63,163 bases of DNA from Candidatus Micrarchaeota archaeon (GCA_028867435.1 JAGWGI010000004.1:1-63163); one strand, 5' to 3'; positions 1 to 9,862 are shown, numbered from the stretch's first letter. Notes: generated by a model from the sequence alone, not told the origin. Translations and numbers: made by a program.

Positions 1-61
1 TGCCATTCTCCTCCATTACGACGTAACTTTTCCATTTTCCAAGGTCTATTGCTATGTTCAT
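1..61 (-). mobile_element. IS110-family recombinase/transposase, N-terminal 20 aa (runs off the window)
   Basis: Reverse strand reads MNIAIDLGKWKSYVVMEENG, matching the IS110 DEDD/RuvC N-terminal pattern (xGIDLxKxxSxxxVxDxxG); GGTGA RBS just upstream. Not in the ORF track. Confidence 0.7.
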
Positions 62-269
62 TTCTTCACCAATACAACAGCGCACCGCAAACTATTGACT
101 TATTGCGGTGCTAGGTTGCGAGGATGAGAAATCAACATGTTATACGCCCCTTATAAGGGAAGTAACTTATCTAGAGCTACTTGGTTCAATACAATTTTTC
201 TTTTTGAAGGTAAGCGATATGGCGGGGCCTAAACAATACTCTTAAAAATAGGAGATTGGATATTATAGC

Positions 270-1052
270 ATGGCTATCAGAATCAGGTTAGCGCTACCGC
301 TGCTTTTGCTTGCAGCGCTCCTGCTGCCAAGCGTAAATGCGTACTTCAATGCTACATACCTAAACACCACGGTGGTGCTAAACCCAAACAACAGCGCGCA
401 CGTTGTCGAGTCTGTCAATCTCTACATCAGCAACACCTCCTTCACCCAGTACGCCCAGGACAGGCAGGCGATAAACTTCACGCTCTCCAACTGGCAGAAC
501 GCAGTAAACACCAACCTGCTTGTCGAGCACATACTAAACCCAAAGTCCAGCGTCTACGGATTCACCTTCCTTCCCGGGCCCATAACCTCATACGGTACGT
601 TTGGGGATGCACAGCTCACGCTTAGCTACTATGTAAAGAACATAACCACTTCCTCAGAGATATCTCCAAGAAGATTCGAGTACACATTCAACAACAGCGT
701 ATTCAACTTCCTCCATACCGCAAGCGGCCAGACTCTGCCTGCAAACGCTAGGCTAAACATCATAGTGCCAAGCGGAGCGCAGATAGTCGCCATCTACCCG
801 GTGCCAGACTCCCCAAGGCTGAGCTTCATAAGCAACTACACAGGTTCCACAACCTTCTCTTGGTACAGCGCAGACCCTCTTTCCTCATTCACTTTCTCGT
901 ACATACTGGTGCAAACCCCAGGACAAGAGGTCTCAAAGTTCTTCTCGAACATTTTCTCGAACTATAGCGACCTGATCTTCCTGCTGGCCGGCGCGCTAGT
1001 GCTAGTACTCCTTGTCTATCTGTACATAAGGGTGTCCAACGCCAAGGTGTGA
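270..1052 (+). CDS. Secreted, C-terminally membrane-anchored hypothetical protein
   Basis: Signal peptide, Asn/Ser/Thr-rich beta-type body with many N-x-S/T sequons, C-terminal TM helix; overlaps the pheS start. Confidence 0.75.
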   Translation: MAIRIRLALPLLLLAALLLPSVNAYFNATYLNTTVVLNPNNSAHVVESVNLYISNTSFTQYAQDRQAINFTLSNWQNAVNTNLLVEHILNPKSSVYGFTFLPGPITSYGTFGDAQLTLSYYVKNITTSSEISPRRFEYTFNNSVFNFLHTASGQTLPANARLNIIVPSGAQIVAIYPVPDSPRLSFISNYTGSTTFSWYSADPLSSFTFSYILVQTPGQEVSKFFSNIFSNYSDLIFLLAGALVLVLLVYLYIRVSNAKV

Positions 1053-2530
1053 ACTTGCATAGGTACGAACTCGCAGTGCTAAAAGCCCTACAGTCAGGTG
1101 AGATGCTCTCGCTAGAAGAGCTTGTGGTCAGATCGGTTCTAGGCAAGGACGCAGTTCTGTGGGCAATAGAGAATCTCTCAGGCTGCGGGGCGATAGAATC
1201 AAGACGCGAGTCTCACGATGAGGCGGTCCTTACAGAAGAGGGGGCAAGGTATGCAAAGGGGTCGCTGCCAGAGAGCGATATGATAAGCAGGGCGCAGCTT
1301 GAGCCGATTGCTGTGCAGTCCTTAAAGGACAACGAATCAAGGATAGGCCTTCAGTGGGCCAAGATGCAAGAGCTGATAACAATCGACAAAGGGATGATTA
1401 CAATAACTGCAAAGGGCAGGGCAGCCATAAAGTCTGGCATACCAGAAGAGCAGGTGCTAAAGAGGCTCTTGAAAGATTCCGGAGCCGTCGCCAGCCTGCT
1501 AAAGAGCAACAAGGTGCAGATTGAGAACCTCTCAAGGCGCAGGCTGATAGTAATCTCAAGCAAGAGTGCGATAGGCGGCCTGAAGATAACCGCAAAGGGG
1601 ATGGAGATGCTGGGTGGCTCGCCAAAGGCTGAGGAAATCGAGGCCTTGGACAGGAAGATGCTCTCCACAGGCTCCTGGGCAGGCAAGAAATTCAAGAAGT
1701 ACGATATATCAGTAGCAGTGGAGCGCGAAGCGGCAGCAAAGAAGCATCCCCTGCGAGGCATGATCGAGCGGATGAGGGATGTGCACATAGCAATGGGCTT
1801 CAAGGAGTTCTCCGGCCCTACCGTAATACCGGCGTTCTGGAACTTCGACACGCTGTTCACGCCGCAGGACCATCCGGCAAGGGAGGCCCAGGACACCTTC
1901 TACGTTTCACACCCATCCTCTCTTGCTCTCGGCCCTGCAGGCTTGGTCTCGCAGGTCAAGACTGCGCACGAGACCGCATGGCACGATGACTGGCTTGCAA
2001 AGGTGGCTATGCAGGCAGTGCTGCGCACCCACACCACCAGCCTCTCAGTCCAGCAGCTCTACAATCTGGCAAGGTACAAGGACTACAAGATGCCCCTCAA
2101 GCTCTTCACCATAGGAAAGGTGTTTCGTAATGAGAACGTGGACTACAAACACCTGCTGGATTTCTACCAGGCCGACGGCATAATAGTTGGCGAGAACCTA
2201 ACGATGGCAAACCTGTTCGACACGCTCATAAAGCTCTACAAGTCCCTTGGGATGAAGGTCAGGTTCAAGCCTGCGTACTTTCCGTTCGTCGAGCCAGGTG
2301 CAGAGGTCCAGGCTTTCTACGAGCCAAGGAAGGAGTGGCTCGAGGTCGGAGGCACTGGGATACTAAGGCGCGAGATAACAGGCATAACCAAAAAAAGCGT
2401 CACAGTGCTGGCATGGGGGCTTGCGCTTGAAAGACCCCTTATGATAAAGGACGATTCGATACAGAGGCTAACAGACATGTATAATGGTGGCATAGGATGG
2501 CTGCGGCAGAGGAGGTTGCAGAAATGGTGA
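1049..2530 (+). CDS. pheS: Phenylalanine--tRNA ligase alpha subunit (archaeal long form)
   Basis: WNFDTLFTPQDHPAREAQDTFY, VLRTHTT, FRNE, YFPFVEP, AWGLALER motifs. Confidence 0.97.
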   Translation: MNLHRYELAVLKALQSGEMLSLEELVVRSVLGKDAVLWAIENLSGCGAIESRRESHDEAVLTEEGARYAKGSLPESDMISRAQLEPIAVQSLKDNESRIGLQWAKMQELITIDKGMITITAKGRAAIKSGIPEEQVLKRLLKDSGAVASLLKSNKVQIENLSRRRLIVISSKSAIGGLKITAKGMEMLGGSPKAEEIEALDRKMLSTGSWAGKKFKKYDISVAVEREAAAKKHPLRGMIERMRDVHIAMGFKEFSGPTVIPAFWNFDTLFTPQDHPAREAQDTFYVSHPSSLALGPAGLVSQVKTAHETAWHDDWLAKVAMQAVLRTHTTSLSVQQLYNLARYKDYKMPLKLFTIGKVFRNENVDYKHLLDFYQADGIIVGENLTMANLFDTLIKLYKSLGMKVRFKPAYFPFVEPGAEVQAFYEPRKEWLEVGGTGILRREITGITKKSVTVLAWGLALERPLMIKDDSIQRLTDMYNGGIGWLRQRRLQKW

Positions 2531-4161
2531 ATGCCACCTTTAGCAAGGCATACCTATTCAAGCTGCTGGGCAGCGAGCTTGCCGACAAGAGGCTTGCAGA
2601 TCAAATATACAAGATGGGCCTTGACCTAGAGGCGTCAAGCGATGAGGAGATAACAATCGATTTTCCTGCAAACAGGCTGGACCTAATCGAGATCGTGGGG
2701 TTTGCAAGGGCCCTGCGGAACTTCATGCGCAAGGGAAAGGCGGCAAAGTACGAAATAAAGGGTGTGCATATTGCGGCGCAGATAGAAGTGGACCCTTCTC
2801 TTAAGGATATTCGACCTTTCATCTCTGCGATGGTGGTAGAAGGGATAAAGTTCAACGAGCAGAGCCTAAAGCATTTGCTCAACTTCGCAGAGAAGTTCAC
2901 GTTCACATACGGCAGGCAGAGAAAGAAGCTCGCCCTCGGCCTGCATAACCTGGACACAATGGGCACAGATCTTAGATACGAGGCGGCCAAGGACGAGGAG
3001 TTCGTGCCGCTCAACTCAAAGAGCAAGATGCATTTTAGCGAGGTTCTCAAGAAAACAGAGAAGGGAGCAGCATATTCCGGCACGATTGGCGGCGCATCAG
3101 CAAAGTCATATCCTGTGCTAAGGGACTCAAAAGGCGTCATCTCCCTTATTCCCATAATAAACTCTGAACGGACAAAGGTGGACGTTTCCACCAAAAACCT
3201 TTTCATCGAGATAACAGGCACGTCAAAGTACACCGTTGAGAAATCCGTAGATCTATTTGCAGCCCTCTTTATTGACATGGGCGCGAAGGTCTCAAGAGTC
3301 AAGGTCTCCTACAAGGGCACAACCTCGCTTCTTCCAAGGCTGCAATCCGCAACTATGGACATACCGCTGCTTGCAATCGAGGGGAACATAGGGGTGATAA
3401 TAGGTTTCAACAACGTGATTTCGCTGGCCAACAAGATGGGCTACAAGGCCGGACTTGTCGGGAAGAAGGTCCGTTTTTGGATCCCAGAGTATCGGCTCGA
3501 CATACTAAACCAGCAGGATGTGATCGAAGACATAGCAATAGCGTACGGCTATGACTACATCCAGCCAGTGCCAATATACGCCGAGCAGGCGGGTGAGTAT
3601 GAGCGCTCCACAATCAGGAACCAGAGGGTCTCTGAGTTGATGATGGGGCTTGGTTTTAGCGAGGCCATGAACACCCACATGACCAACGAGGCATCAAACT
3701 TTTCCGACATGCGCCTCAAGGCGTCAGACCACGATCACGTAACAGTGAGGGATGCCAAGGTGCAGAACATAACAATGCTAAGGACCTGGCTGCTACCCTC
3801 GCTGCTAAGGAACCTTGGTGCATCAGCTCATGAGAAGATGCCGCAGAAGATTTTCGAGTTAGATCTCACGTTCATTGTGAGTAGCATGGGTGTGGAGGAA
3901 AAATACAAACTTGCCGGTGTAATCACAGATCCAAAATCAAATTTCAACCAGATGAAAGCGATAATCGAGGAGATACTCTACGATTTGGGCTCAACCTTTC
4001 AAGTAAAGCAAAATCTGCACAGCAGTTTTATAGATGGGCGGTGTGCAAGCGTTAGGGTTGATGGAAGGGAGATTGGAGTGTTCGGCGAGCTGCATCCAGA
4101 GGTTCTGGGCAACTTCGGTATAGAGGAACCCTCAATCGCCTTTGAAATCGAACTGTGGTAG
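2524..4161 (+). CDS. pheT: Phenylalanine--tRNA ligase beta subunit
   Basis: ANRLDL, B3/4 domain, YRLDIL..DVIEDIAIAYGY, GELHPEVL motifs; follows pheS. Confidence 0.96.
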   Translation: MVNATFSKAYLFKLLGSELADKRLADQIYKMGLDLEASSDEEITIDFPANRLDLIEIVGFARALRNFMRKGKAAKYEIKGVHIAAQIEVDPSLKDIRPFISAMVVEGIKFNEQSLKHLLNFAEKFTFTYGRQRKKLALGLHNLDTMGTDLRYEAAKDEEFVPLNSKSKMHFSEVLKKTEKGAAYSGTIGGASAKSYPVLRDSKGVISLIPIINSERTKVDVSTKNLFIEITGTSKYTVEKSVDLFAALFIDMGAKVSRVKVSYKGTTSLLPRLQSATMDIPLLAIEGNIGVIIGFNNVISLANKMGYKAGLVGKKVRFWIPEYRLDILNQQDVIEDIAIAYGYDYIQPVPIYAEQAGEYERSTIRNQRVSELMMGLGFSEAMNTHMTNEASNFSDMRLKASDHDHVTVRDAKVQNITMLRTWLLPSLLRNLGASAHEKMPQKIFELDLTFIVSSMGVEEKYKLAGVITDPKSNFNQMKAIIEEILYDLGSTFQVKQNLHSSFIDGRCASVRVDGREIGVFGELHPEVLGNFGIEEPSIAFEIELW

Positions 4162-4167
4162 ATTTGT

Positions 4168-4689
4168 TTGCTTGTTGCGACAAAGAGGTTTGCTACAATA
4201 GACACTAGCATGCCTGACTGCATCATGAGGCCAGTCAAAAACGCTCCGCTTGGGGCAACTCACTCAATCAACAGACTTTACCTCCATGCAATCCCAGTCT
4301 TCGATTCAAGTTCGTACTTCACATTCAATTCAGGATATGCCTTCTCTACCGATGGCAGGATTGCAGGTTCTATATATAGGCTGATGGTCGGCTCAGAGCA
4401 GCGTGGTTCGATAACCATAATGCCAATAAGTGCCTTGGAAACAAAAGGTCTTGTGGATACGATTAAGCTCAATACAAGCGGTTCAGCCATCTCGATGCAT
4501 GAGCTTCTCCACAGCCCCAAGCGCATAGCGTATGACGGTATCAACACCGACGATCTGATAATCGCGCACCAAAGGTTTGCTGTCACGAACAAAATTGACC
4601 CTGGAGAGAGCATCGGCCTGATTCCAGATCCGATAAGGCAGAGCGTGGGCCAGGACCTGCTCTTTAGAGGTGAGCTACGCCTAGGATGA
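4168..4689 (+). CDS. Hypothetical protein
   Basis: 173-aa ORF filling the gap between pheT and the convergent rfcL; no motif recognised; start uncertain. Confidence 0.45.
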   Translation: MLVATKRFATIDTSMPDCIMRPVKNAPLGATHSINRLYLHAIPVFDSSSYFTFNSGYAFSTDGRIAGSIYRLMVGSEQRGSITIMPISALETKGLVDTIKLNTSGSAISMHELLHSPKRIAYDGINTDDLIIAHQRFAVTNKIDPGESIGLIPDPIRQSVGQDLLFRGELRLG

Positions 4690-5901
4690 GCCTGTTATAG
4701 CCTTCATGTCGTCTTTGTCAAGGTTGTATGTCCTCTCAAAGAAGACTTCCATCTCCTCGCTTCCGACCTCTTTCTGCCCCTCTTTGGCCATCTCACGGAG
4801 CAGCTGTATGTAACCGTTGAAGATGTCCTTCTTGTGTGCATGCAGCACGTAGACAAGTTTGCTCATCACGATGTTCATCGCACCCCTGCTGGACTTTGAT
4901 TTGCTCAGCTGGCGTATGTTGTTGGGGAATGCGTAGCTCCTCATGTCTGCCACCTGTCCGTTAGCTGAGAGCGAAACGCCGCAAGACATCAGTATCCCAG
5001 AGTACCTTAAGTATCCGTAGTAGCTCTTGCGGCTTGCCTGGCCTAGAAAGAAACTCGCCTTGGCAAGATTCGCATAGGCATTGATCACATCCGACCTCCA
5101 GGAGTACCTGTTTGGTATATTCTCATCTATCCAGTTAAGCAGCATGTCGCTGTCAAGGTCCGTGTTGTTGTAGGCTTCTCTTGCCATCTCAAAGCTTCTG
5201 GTCATAAATATATTGTCGAGAACCCCATACACTTCCAGCTTCCTGTCTCTTCTTCCCAAATTCTCAAGCAGCTCTAGCTTCGCACCCACCATCAGTTCAA
5301 GGTCGTTTATCGCGCCGCGCAAATCCCCATTGCATCTGCCCACTATCTCGCCGAGCACATCCCAATCCATGCTCTTCCCCTCCTTTGCAAGTATCCCTTC
5401 CAGCACTTTTTTGATCTCTTCCCGATTAACCCTTTTGAACTCGAGTCTCTCCACAATCTCACGAAGAAAAGTTATCTTTCTGTCCCAGTAGTCGTTTGCA
5501 ATAAGTATTATCGGGTGGCGCGATTCCTTTATCAGCTGTGTGATCACCTTCTCGGAACCGGAGTCGAACTTGTCGGAGCGCTCGTCTATCTCGTCGAGTA
5601 TTATTATCTGGTGTTTGTTGAAAAGACCAGAGGATTTGCCAGCAGGCAGAAGCGTTCGATTCAGTGTCTCAGAGTCCCTGTAGTCGCTCGCGTTTAGTTC
5701 TATTATGTCAAAGCCGTTTGAGTGGGCCAGGGCATGGGCCGCCGCGCTCTTTCCGGTTCCAGAGGGTCCATATATCAGAATCGGTTTCAGCCTCTCCTTT
5801 CCATGCGCCCGTATGCCAAAGTCAACAAGCCTCCCTACAGCCGATTCGTTGCCGGCTATCTGGTTTAGCGTGGTCGGGGCATACTTTTCTGAGAAGGGCA
5901 T
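4681..5901 (-). CDS. rfcL: Replication factor C large subunit
   Basis: EKYAP, Walker A GPSGTGKS, ELNASD, LDEID, GDLRGAINDL, WIDEN motifs. Confidence 0.93.
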   Translation of the reverse strand: MPFSEKYAPTTLNQIAGNESAVGRLVDFGIRAHGKERLKPILIYGPSGTGKSAAAHALAHSNGFDIIELNASDYRDSETLNRTLLPAGKSSGLFNKHQIIILDEIDERSDKFDSGSEKVITQLIKESRHPIILIANDYWDRKITFLREIVERLEFKRVNREEIKKVLEGILAKEGKSMDWDVLGEIVGRCNGDLRGAINDLELMVGAKLELLENLGRRDRKLEVYGVLDNIFMTRSFEMAREAYNNTDLDSDMLLNWIDENIPNRYSWRSDVINAYANLAKASFFLGQASRKSYYGYLRYSGILMSCGVSLSANGQVADMRSYAFPNNIRQLSKSKSSRGAMNIVMSKLVYVLHAHKKDIFNGYIQLLREMAKEGQKEVGSEEMEVFFERTYNLDKDDMKAITGSS

Positions 5902-5962
5902 TAAATCACAAAAGTTAATAAGCAGTTCAAATATATATTATCGCTAAGGGATAAATCCCTAT

Positions 5963-6037
5963 GCTCCTGTCGTCTAGTCCGGTCAAGGACGTTAGCCTCT
6001 CACGCTAGAGACCCGGGTTCAAATCCCGGCGGGAGCA
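5963..6037 (+). tRNA. tRNA-Glu(CTC)
   Basis: GCTCCTG/CGGGAGC acceptor stem, anticodon arm TTAGC-CT CTC AC-GCTAG, T-loop GGTTCAAATCC; CCA not encoded. Confidence 0.95.
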
Positions 6038-6157
6038 AAATTTTCCCTTGAAAATCGACTCTAGTTCCATACTGGTGTGGTTCAAGTGCCAGTGTTACGC
6101 GTGTTTACCTAAATTTACTAGGAAAGATTTAATACCTTGAATGTGCATAATACTATT

Positions 6158-6367
6158 ATGGAGAGGATGAAGTACAGGGTAATGATAGAAAGAGACGAAA
6201 ACGGCATGTATGTAGCTAAGATGCCAGACCTTCCGGGCTGTGCCACGGAGGGCAAGACCCGCAAGGAGCTAATGAAGAACGCCAAGGAAGCCATACAGGC
6301 TTATCTAGAAACACTAAAGAAACACGGAGATCCAGTGCCAGTGGAAATGGTGCAGGTAAGTGTCTAG
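6158..6367 (+). CDS. hicB: HicB-family antitoxin
   Basis: YRVMIERDENGMYVAKMPDLPGCATEGKTRKELMKNAKEAI is the typical HicB RNase H-like domain. Confidence 0.9.
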   Translation: MERMKYRVMIERDENGMYVAKMPDLPGCATEGKTRKELMKNAKEAIQAYLETLKKHGDPVPVEMVQVSV

Positions 6368-6618
6368 GCTGGTACCTCTAAACTACGACAAAGTAATCAA
6401 AACCCTTACCAAGCTGGGTTACATAATGATTCATCAGAAAGGCAGTCATATCGTAATGCAGCTTGCTGACAAGAGGAAATATACATCTATTTTTAGAGAG
6501 AAACCCCGAAAGTATGATAGTGGTTCCAGCCCACAGACCGATAGGTAAGGGCATGGTTAGAACTATAATGCGTGAAGCAGACTTAAGCGTGGACGAGTTT
6601 AACAGACTTGCGGATTAA
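6360..6618 (+). pseudogene. hicA: HicA-family toxin, interrupted by a +1 frameshift
   Basis: N-half with LGY..HQKGSH in one frame; C-half MIVVPAHRPIGKGMVRTIMREADLSVDEF in the +1 frame from about 6502 to TAA at 6616-6618. Confidence 0.85.
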
Positions 6619-6692
6619 CGTATTTGACTTAAGGATTGCAGGTTCTTTGCGGAGAGGCTTATACAATTAGACGGAGAAAAAGAATATGTAAA

Positions 6693-7367
6693 ATGCCCAA
6701 ATACACTTCAAACGAAGATAAAAATCGTTTTAAAGATGCAATTATTCTACTGATAACTTTAATCATACCTTTGACTGTATCTGTAATTGCCATTTATGCA
6801 GGTTACTATATCCCTTCCACTGCAAGTTTAGCTGCTCAGCAAAATTGCCATGCTGGCAATACTACGTGCGTGCAGCAACAAACTTATACTACAACCTCAA
6901 ATGAATTCACGAATCTGGGCAGATACCTGGGTCAAGCATTTATCATTCTTTTTGTTTTGGTTGCAGTGCTTGTATTCTACGTCCTTTTTGCTAATGGCCG
7001 GCTAGTCTATATAGCCGAAATTGCCATGGCCATTCTATTAATCTGGGATTTTCTGTTTCTCATTTCCCTCGCATACTTTAACGGCGCAGTATATACGCCA
7101 ATTGTAAACGGAAGCAACGGTGTGCCTGTGAACAGTGTAGCTGGAAGTATATTTGGTATCGCAATATGGGTATTCCAACAGACTGGCAAACTGATAACCG
7201 GCCAATTTATTTTTTGGTATATCGTTCTATTCTTTGTGATGTTCTTAGAATTAATAATTTATACTCTAATAAGAGCTAAGAGTAGGAAGCAAGGCAAAGG
7301 TCAGGTAGAAATAACCCAAGCAAAGAAGATACATAAGACAAAGGTAGGTAGTGGTAATGAACGATGA
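6693..7367 (+). CDS. Multi-pass membrane hypothetical protein
   Basis: About 5 hydrophobic segments; AT-rich DNA inside the tRNA-Glu islet. Confidence 0.7.
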   Translation: MPKYTSNEDKNRFKDAIILLITLIIPLTVSVIAIYAGYYIPSTASLAAQQNCHAGNTTCVQQQTYTTTSNEFTNLGRYLGQAFIILFVLVAVLVFYVLFANGRLVYIAEIAMAILLIWDFLFLISLAYFNGAVYTPIVNGSNGVPVNSVAGSIFGIAIWVFQQTGKLITGQFIFWYIVLFFVMFLELIIYTLIRAKSRKQGKGQVEITQAKKIHKTKVGSGNER

Positions 7368-8040
7368 TAGAAATACAGACGAACTTACAAAGAATATAAA
7401 GAAATTTTTAGATTACGCTGAACAGGGCCAGAAGAAATTTGGTGGCCCAAGCAAATATTTCTATTCTAAAATAATTGGCTGCCATGAGAACAATTCTTTA
7501 AAAGAGCTACTGGATGACGATAAATTTTACGAATATATCTATGCGACTCTTATCTCTTGGGGAATGCATAGAATGGGAAAGAGAGGAGCAAAAATGCGCG
7601 ATTTTTGTCCATTCAGGGAAAGTATTCAGGATTGTAAAAGTGAGCTGCTAAAATTGGATAAGAAAGCTCTAGAAAGATTGATGCCAGACCAAATAAATCA
7701 AACCCAAAATGCCCTTCTTACAATATTTCACAAATTAAAGATAATGAAAACAAATTCGAAGATAGTTAGCACTTCAAAGACTCTCCATTTTATTCTACCA
7801 GAATTAGTGGTGCCAATAGATAGAGAATACACTCTGAGATTCTTTGGAGAGAAGAACCTGACATCAAAAAACGAAGAAAAAATATTTGTAGAACTATTTA
7901 ACAGATTCTATAAAATTAGCCAAAAGTTAAAACTCGACGAAGTTAATTTTAAGAAAAGCAAGTTTCAACCTTCTGTTGCAAAACTAATAGATAATGCAAT
8001 AATTGGTTATGTTGCAGAGAATAAAAGAAGAGCGGATTAA
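7351..8040 (+). CDS. Hypothetical protein (possibly helix-hairpin-helix glycosylase-like)
   Basis: AT-rich 229-aa ORF with YATLISWGMHRMG and SKTLHFILPELVVPIDR motifs; fold assignment is inference. Confidence 0.7.
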   Translation: MVMNDDRNTDELTKNIKKFLDYAEQGQKKFGGPSKYFYSKIIGCHENNSLKELLDDDKFYEYIYATLISWGMHRMGKRGAKMRDFCPFRESIQDCKSELLKLDKKALERLMPDQINQTQNALLTIFHKLKIMKTNSKIVSTSKTLHFILPELVVPIDREYTLRFFGEKNLTSKNEEKIFVELFNRFYKISQKLKLDEVNFKKSKFQPSVAKLIDNAIIGYVAENKRRAD

Positions 8041-8226
8041 GCCCTTACTTTATCGAAAGAGTAGATAAAAGATAACTGATTAAGGGTTCAGATATTCTAC
8101 AAATCTGAGCCGCGCTTGCTTATATAGCTTGCTTGGGAAATGCTACTGTTCAGAAAGCTGGAATCGTTTATGTTTGTTTTGGTGTTTTGAGGGTGCTAGA
8201 ATGAAGCTAGAAAAGGACGACAAACT

Positions 8227-8285
8227 CGGCCAAGGATGTGGGGGCTTTCAGCCCTAAAACTCGGGTCCAAATCCATGTGAGGGTA
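8227..8285 (+). pseudogene. Degenerate tRNA-Glu(TTC) fragment
   Basis: CGGCCAAGGA D-loop half, GGGG-CT TTC AG-CCCT anticodon arm, decayed T arm CGGGTCCAAATCCA; no 5' acceptor strand. Confidence 0.6.
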
Positions 8286-8343
8286 AAACTCAAGCACAGC
8301 GAAAAATAGATAAAACTGCCAGCATAATCAATGATGTGGTAAA

Positions 8344-8739
8344 ATGTCCAATTCTCTAATAAAGGCTGCAAAGGAGTTCAAGGATTTCGTTTCGCAGGGA
8401 AATGTTGTAAGCCTTGCAACTGCCGTGGTGTTCGGAGTGGCTTTCAACGCGATAATAACTTCTTTCATAACCAACATAATCACCCCGATACTCGGAATAC
8501 CGGGGCATATCAATGTTGCTAACATGACCCTTACGCTGAACGGTAGCACGATATCCTACGGGCTTTTCATAAACGCTGTGCTCAACTTCATAGTGATAGC
8601 CGCAGTGCTATTTTTTCTGGTTATAAAGCCGCTTTCAAAGCCTCCGCAGACAAAGGACTGCCCTTACTGCTACTCCAAACTGCCAATGAAGGCTACAAGA
8701 TGCGCCTTCTGCACCTCAAAGTTGCCAAAAATGGCCTAG
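8344..8739 (+). CDS. mscL: Large-conductance mechanosensitive channel with C-terminal zinc ribbon
   Basis: KEFKDFVSQGNVVSLATAVVFGVAF, YGLFINAVLNF; CPYC..CAFC tail. Confidence 0.92.
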   Translation: MSNSLIKAAKEFKDFVSQGNVVSLATAVVFGVAFNAIITSFITNIITPILGIPGHINVANMTLTLNGSTISYGLFINAVLNFIVIAAVLFFLVIKPLSKPPQTKDCPYCYSKLPMKATRCAFCTSKLPKMA

Positions 8740-9428
8740 TGAGAACGCGAGTTCCTGAAGATCTGCCTCATCTCTGTGATTTCAAACTGCCCTGGAGCAG
8801 TGGGCCTGTCAATATAAGCGTAAGTCATAGGCCCCCTGCCTTCAATTACGCATAGCACGCGGGATATGGAGCCGTAGTAGCCCATTGCAAAAGCTACAAG
8901 TTCCAGTTTTCTTGCAGTCTCATATAGCTTTAGAATCTGCATTACGTCATATGTGCCATTTGCCATGGTGACTATCTTGACCACATCCCCGTCCCTGCTT
9001 GCGTATGAGAATATCTGCTCAAGTTCGCTATGTGAAGGAGTGCGCAAGAAATCGTGCCATGATACAATCTTCTTTGCATCAAGACCCTTGAGCATTCTGG
9101 CTATGTCTATCTCCACATCAACCATCCCAGGTTTTACGATGGCCACCACATCTGCGAGCAGGGCAGATCTTTCCTTGGCGCTTCCATAGAATTTGCCCCC
9201 TTGTTCCACTGGCCTGTTCGTGATTATGATTCTTTTCCTCAAGTCCTGGGCAAGGTTTTTGAGCATCCTTATGCTATCAGAAAATTCAGTCCTCTTGAGA
9301 AGATCCAGCCTGATCTCCACCCTATCTGCTCCCTTCTGGAATGCACTAATTATCTGGCTCCTAAGGCTGCGCTCAGTCCCAGCAGAGAGGGAACCTACGA
9401 TCTGGGAGGAATGCGGTATCCTGAGCAT
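8736..9428 (-). CDS. aroD: Type I 3-dehydroquinate dehydratase
   Basis: VEIRLDLL, TNRPVEQGG, VSWHDF..TP, VVKIV, FAMG..G.ISR, TAPGQ motifs. Confidence 0.9.
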   Translation of the reverse strand: MLRIPHSSQIVGSLSAGTERSLRSQIISAFQKGADRVEIRLDLLKRTEFSDSIRMLKNLAQDLRKRIIITNRPVEQGGKFYGSAKERSALLADVVAIVKPGMVDVEIDIARMLKGLDAKKIVSWHDFLRTPSHSELEQIFSYASRDGDVVKIVTMANGTYDVMQILKLYETARKLELVAFAMGYYGSISRVLCVIEGRGPMTYAYIDRPTAPGQFEITEMRQIFRNSRSH

Positions 9429-9523
9429 AACATCTATTAAATAACTGCCCTACAAACCATTAATACTTTTCGATAGGGCACGCAATAGTTTAAAATACTA
9501 CTCCGGCGATTATTTAACAGGCC

Positions 9524-9808
9524 GTGATTAAAATGCAGTTAGACCAAAAATTTGTGAACAAAATCGGATGGATTGCATCGGTAACTGCCATATTGCTGTA
9601 TTTTTCATATATTGACCAGATACGGCTCAATCTCTCAGGCCATCCAGGGTCGGTATTGCTGCCGATAGTCACAATATTCAATTGCTGCTTTTGGGTGGCG
9701 TACGGCTTCCTTCTCGAGAAGAGGAACTGGCCACTAATCGCATGCAATCTTCCTGGGATATTTTTTGGTGCAATCACTGCAATAACGGCAATACTTGGAA
9801 CAATATAA
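9524..9808 (+). CDS. SemiSWEET (MtN3/PQ-loop) transporter
   Basis: Three TM helices; SYIDQI, NCCFWVAYG, NWPLIACNLPG pattern. Confidence 0.8.
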   Translation: MIKMQLDQKFVNKIGWIASVTAILLYFSYIDQIRLNLSGHPGSVLLPIVTIFNCCFWVAYGFLLEKRNWPLIACNLPGIFFGAITAITAILGTI

Positions 9809-9862
9809 CCCAAGCAAACTACTGAAATGATTATAAAGGTAGTAACGCAAAGGTAATACCAT

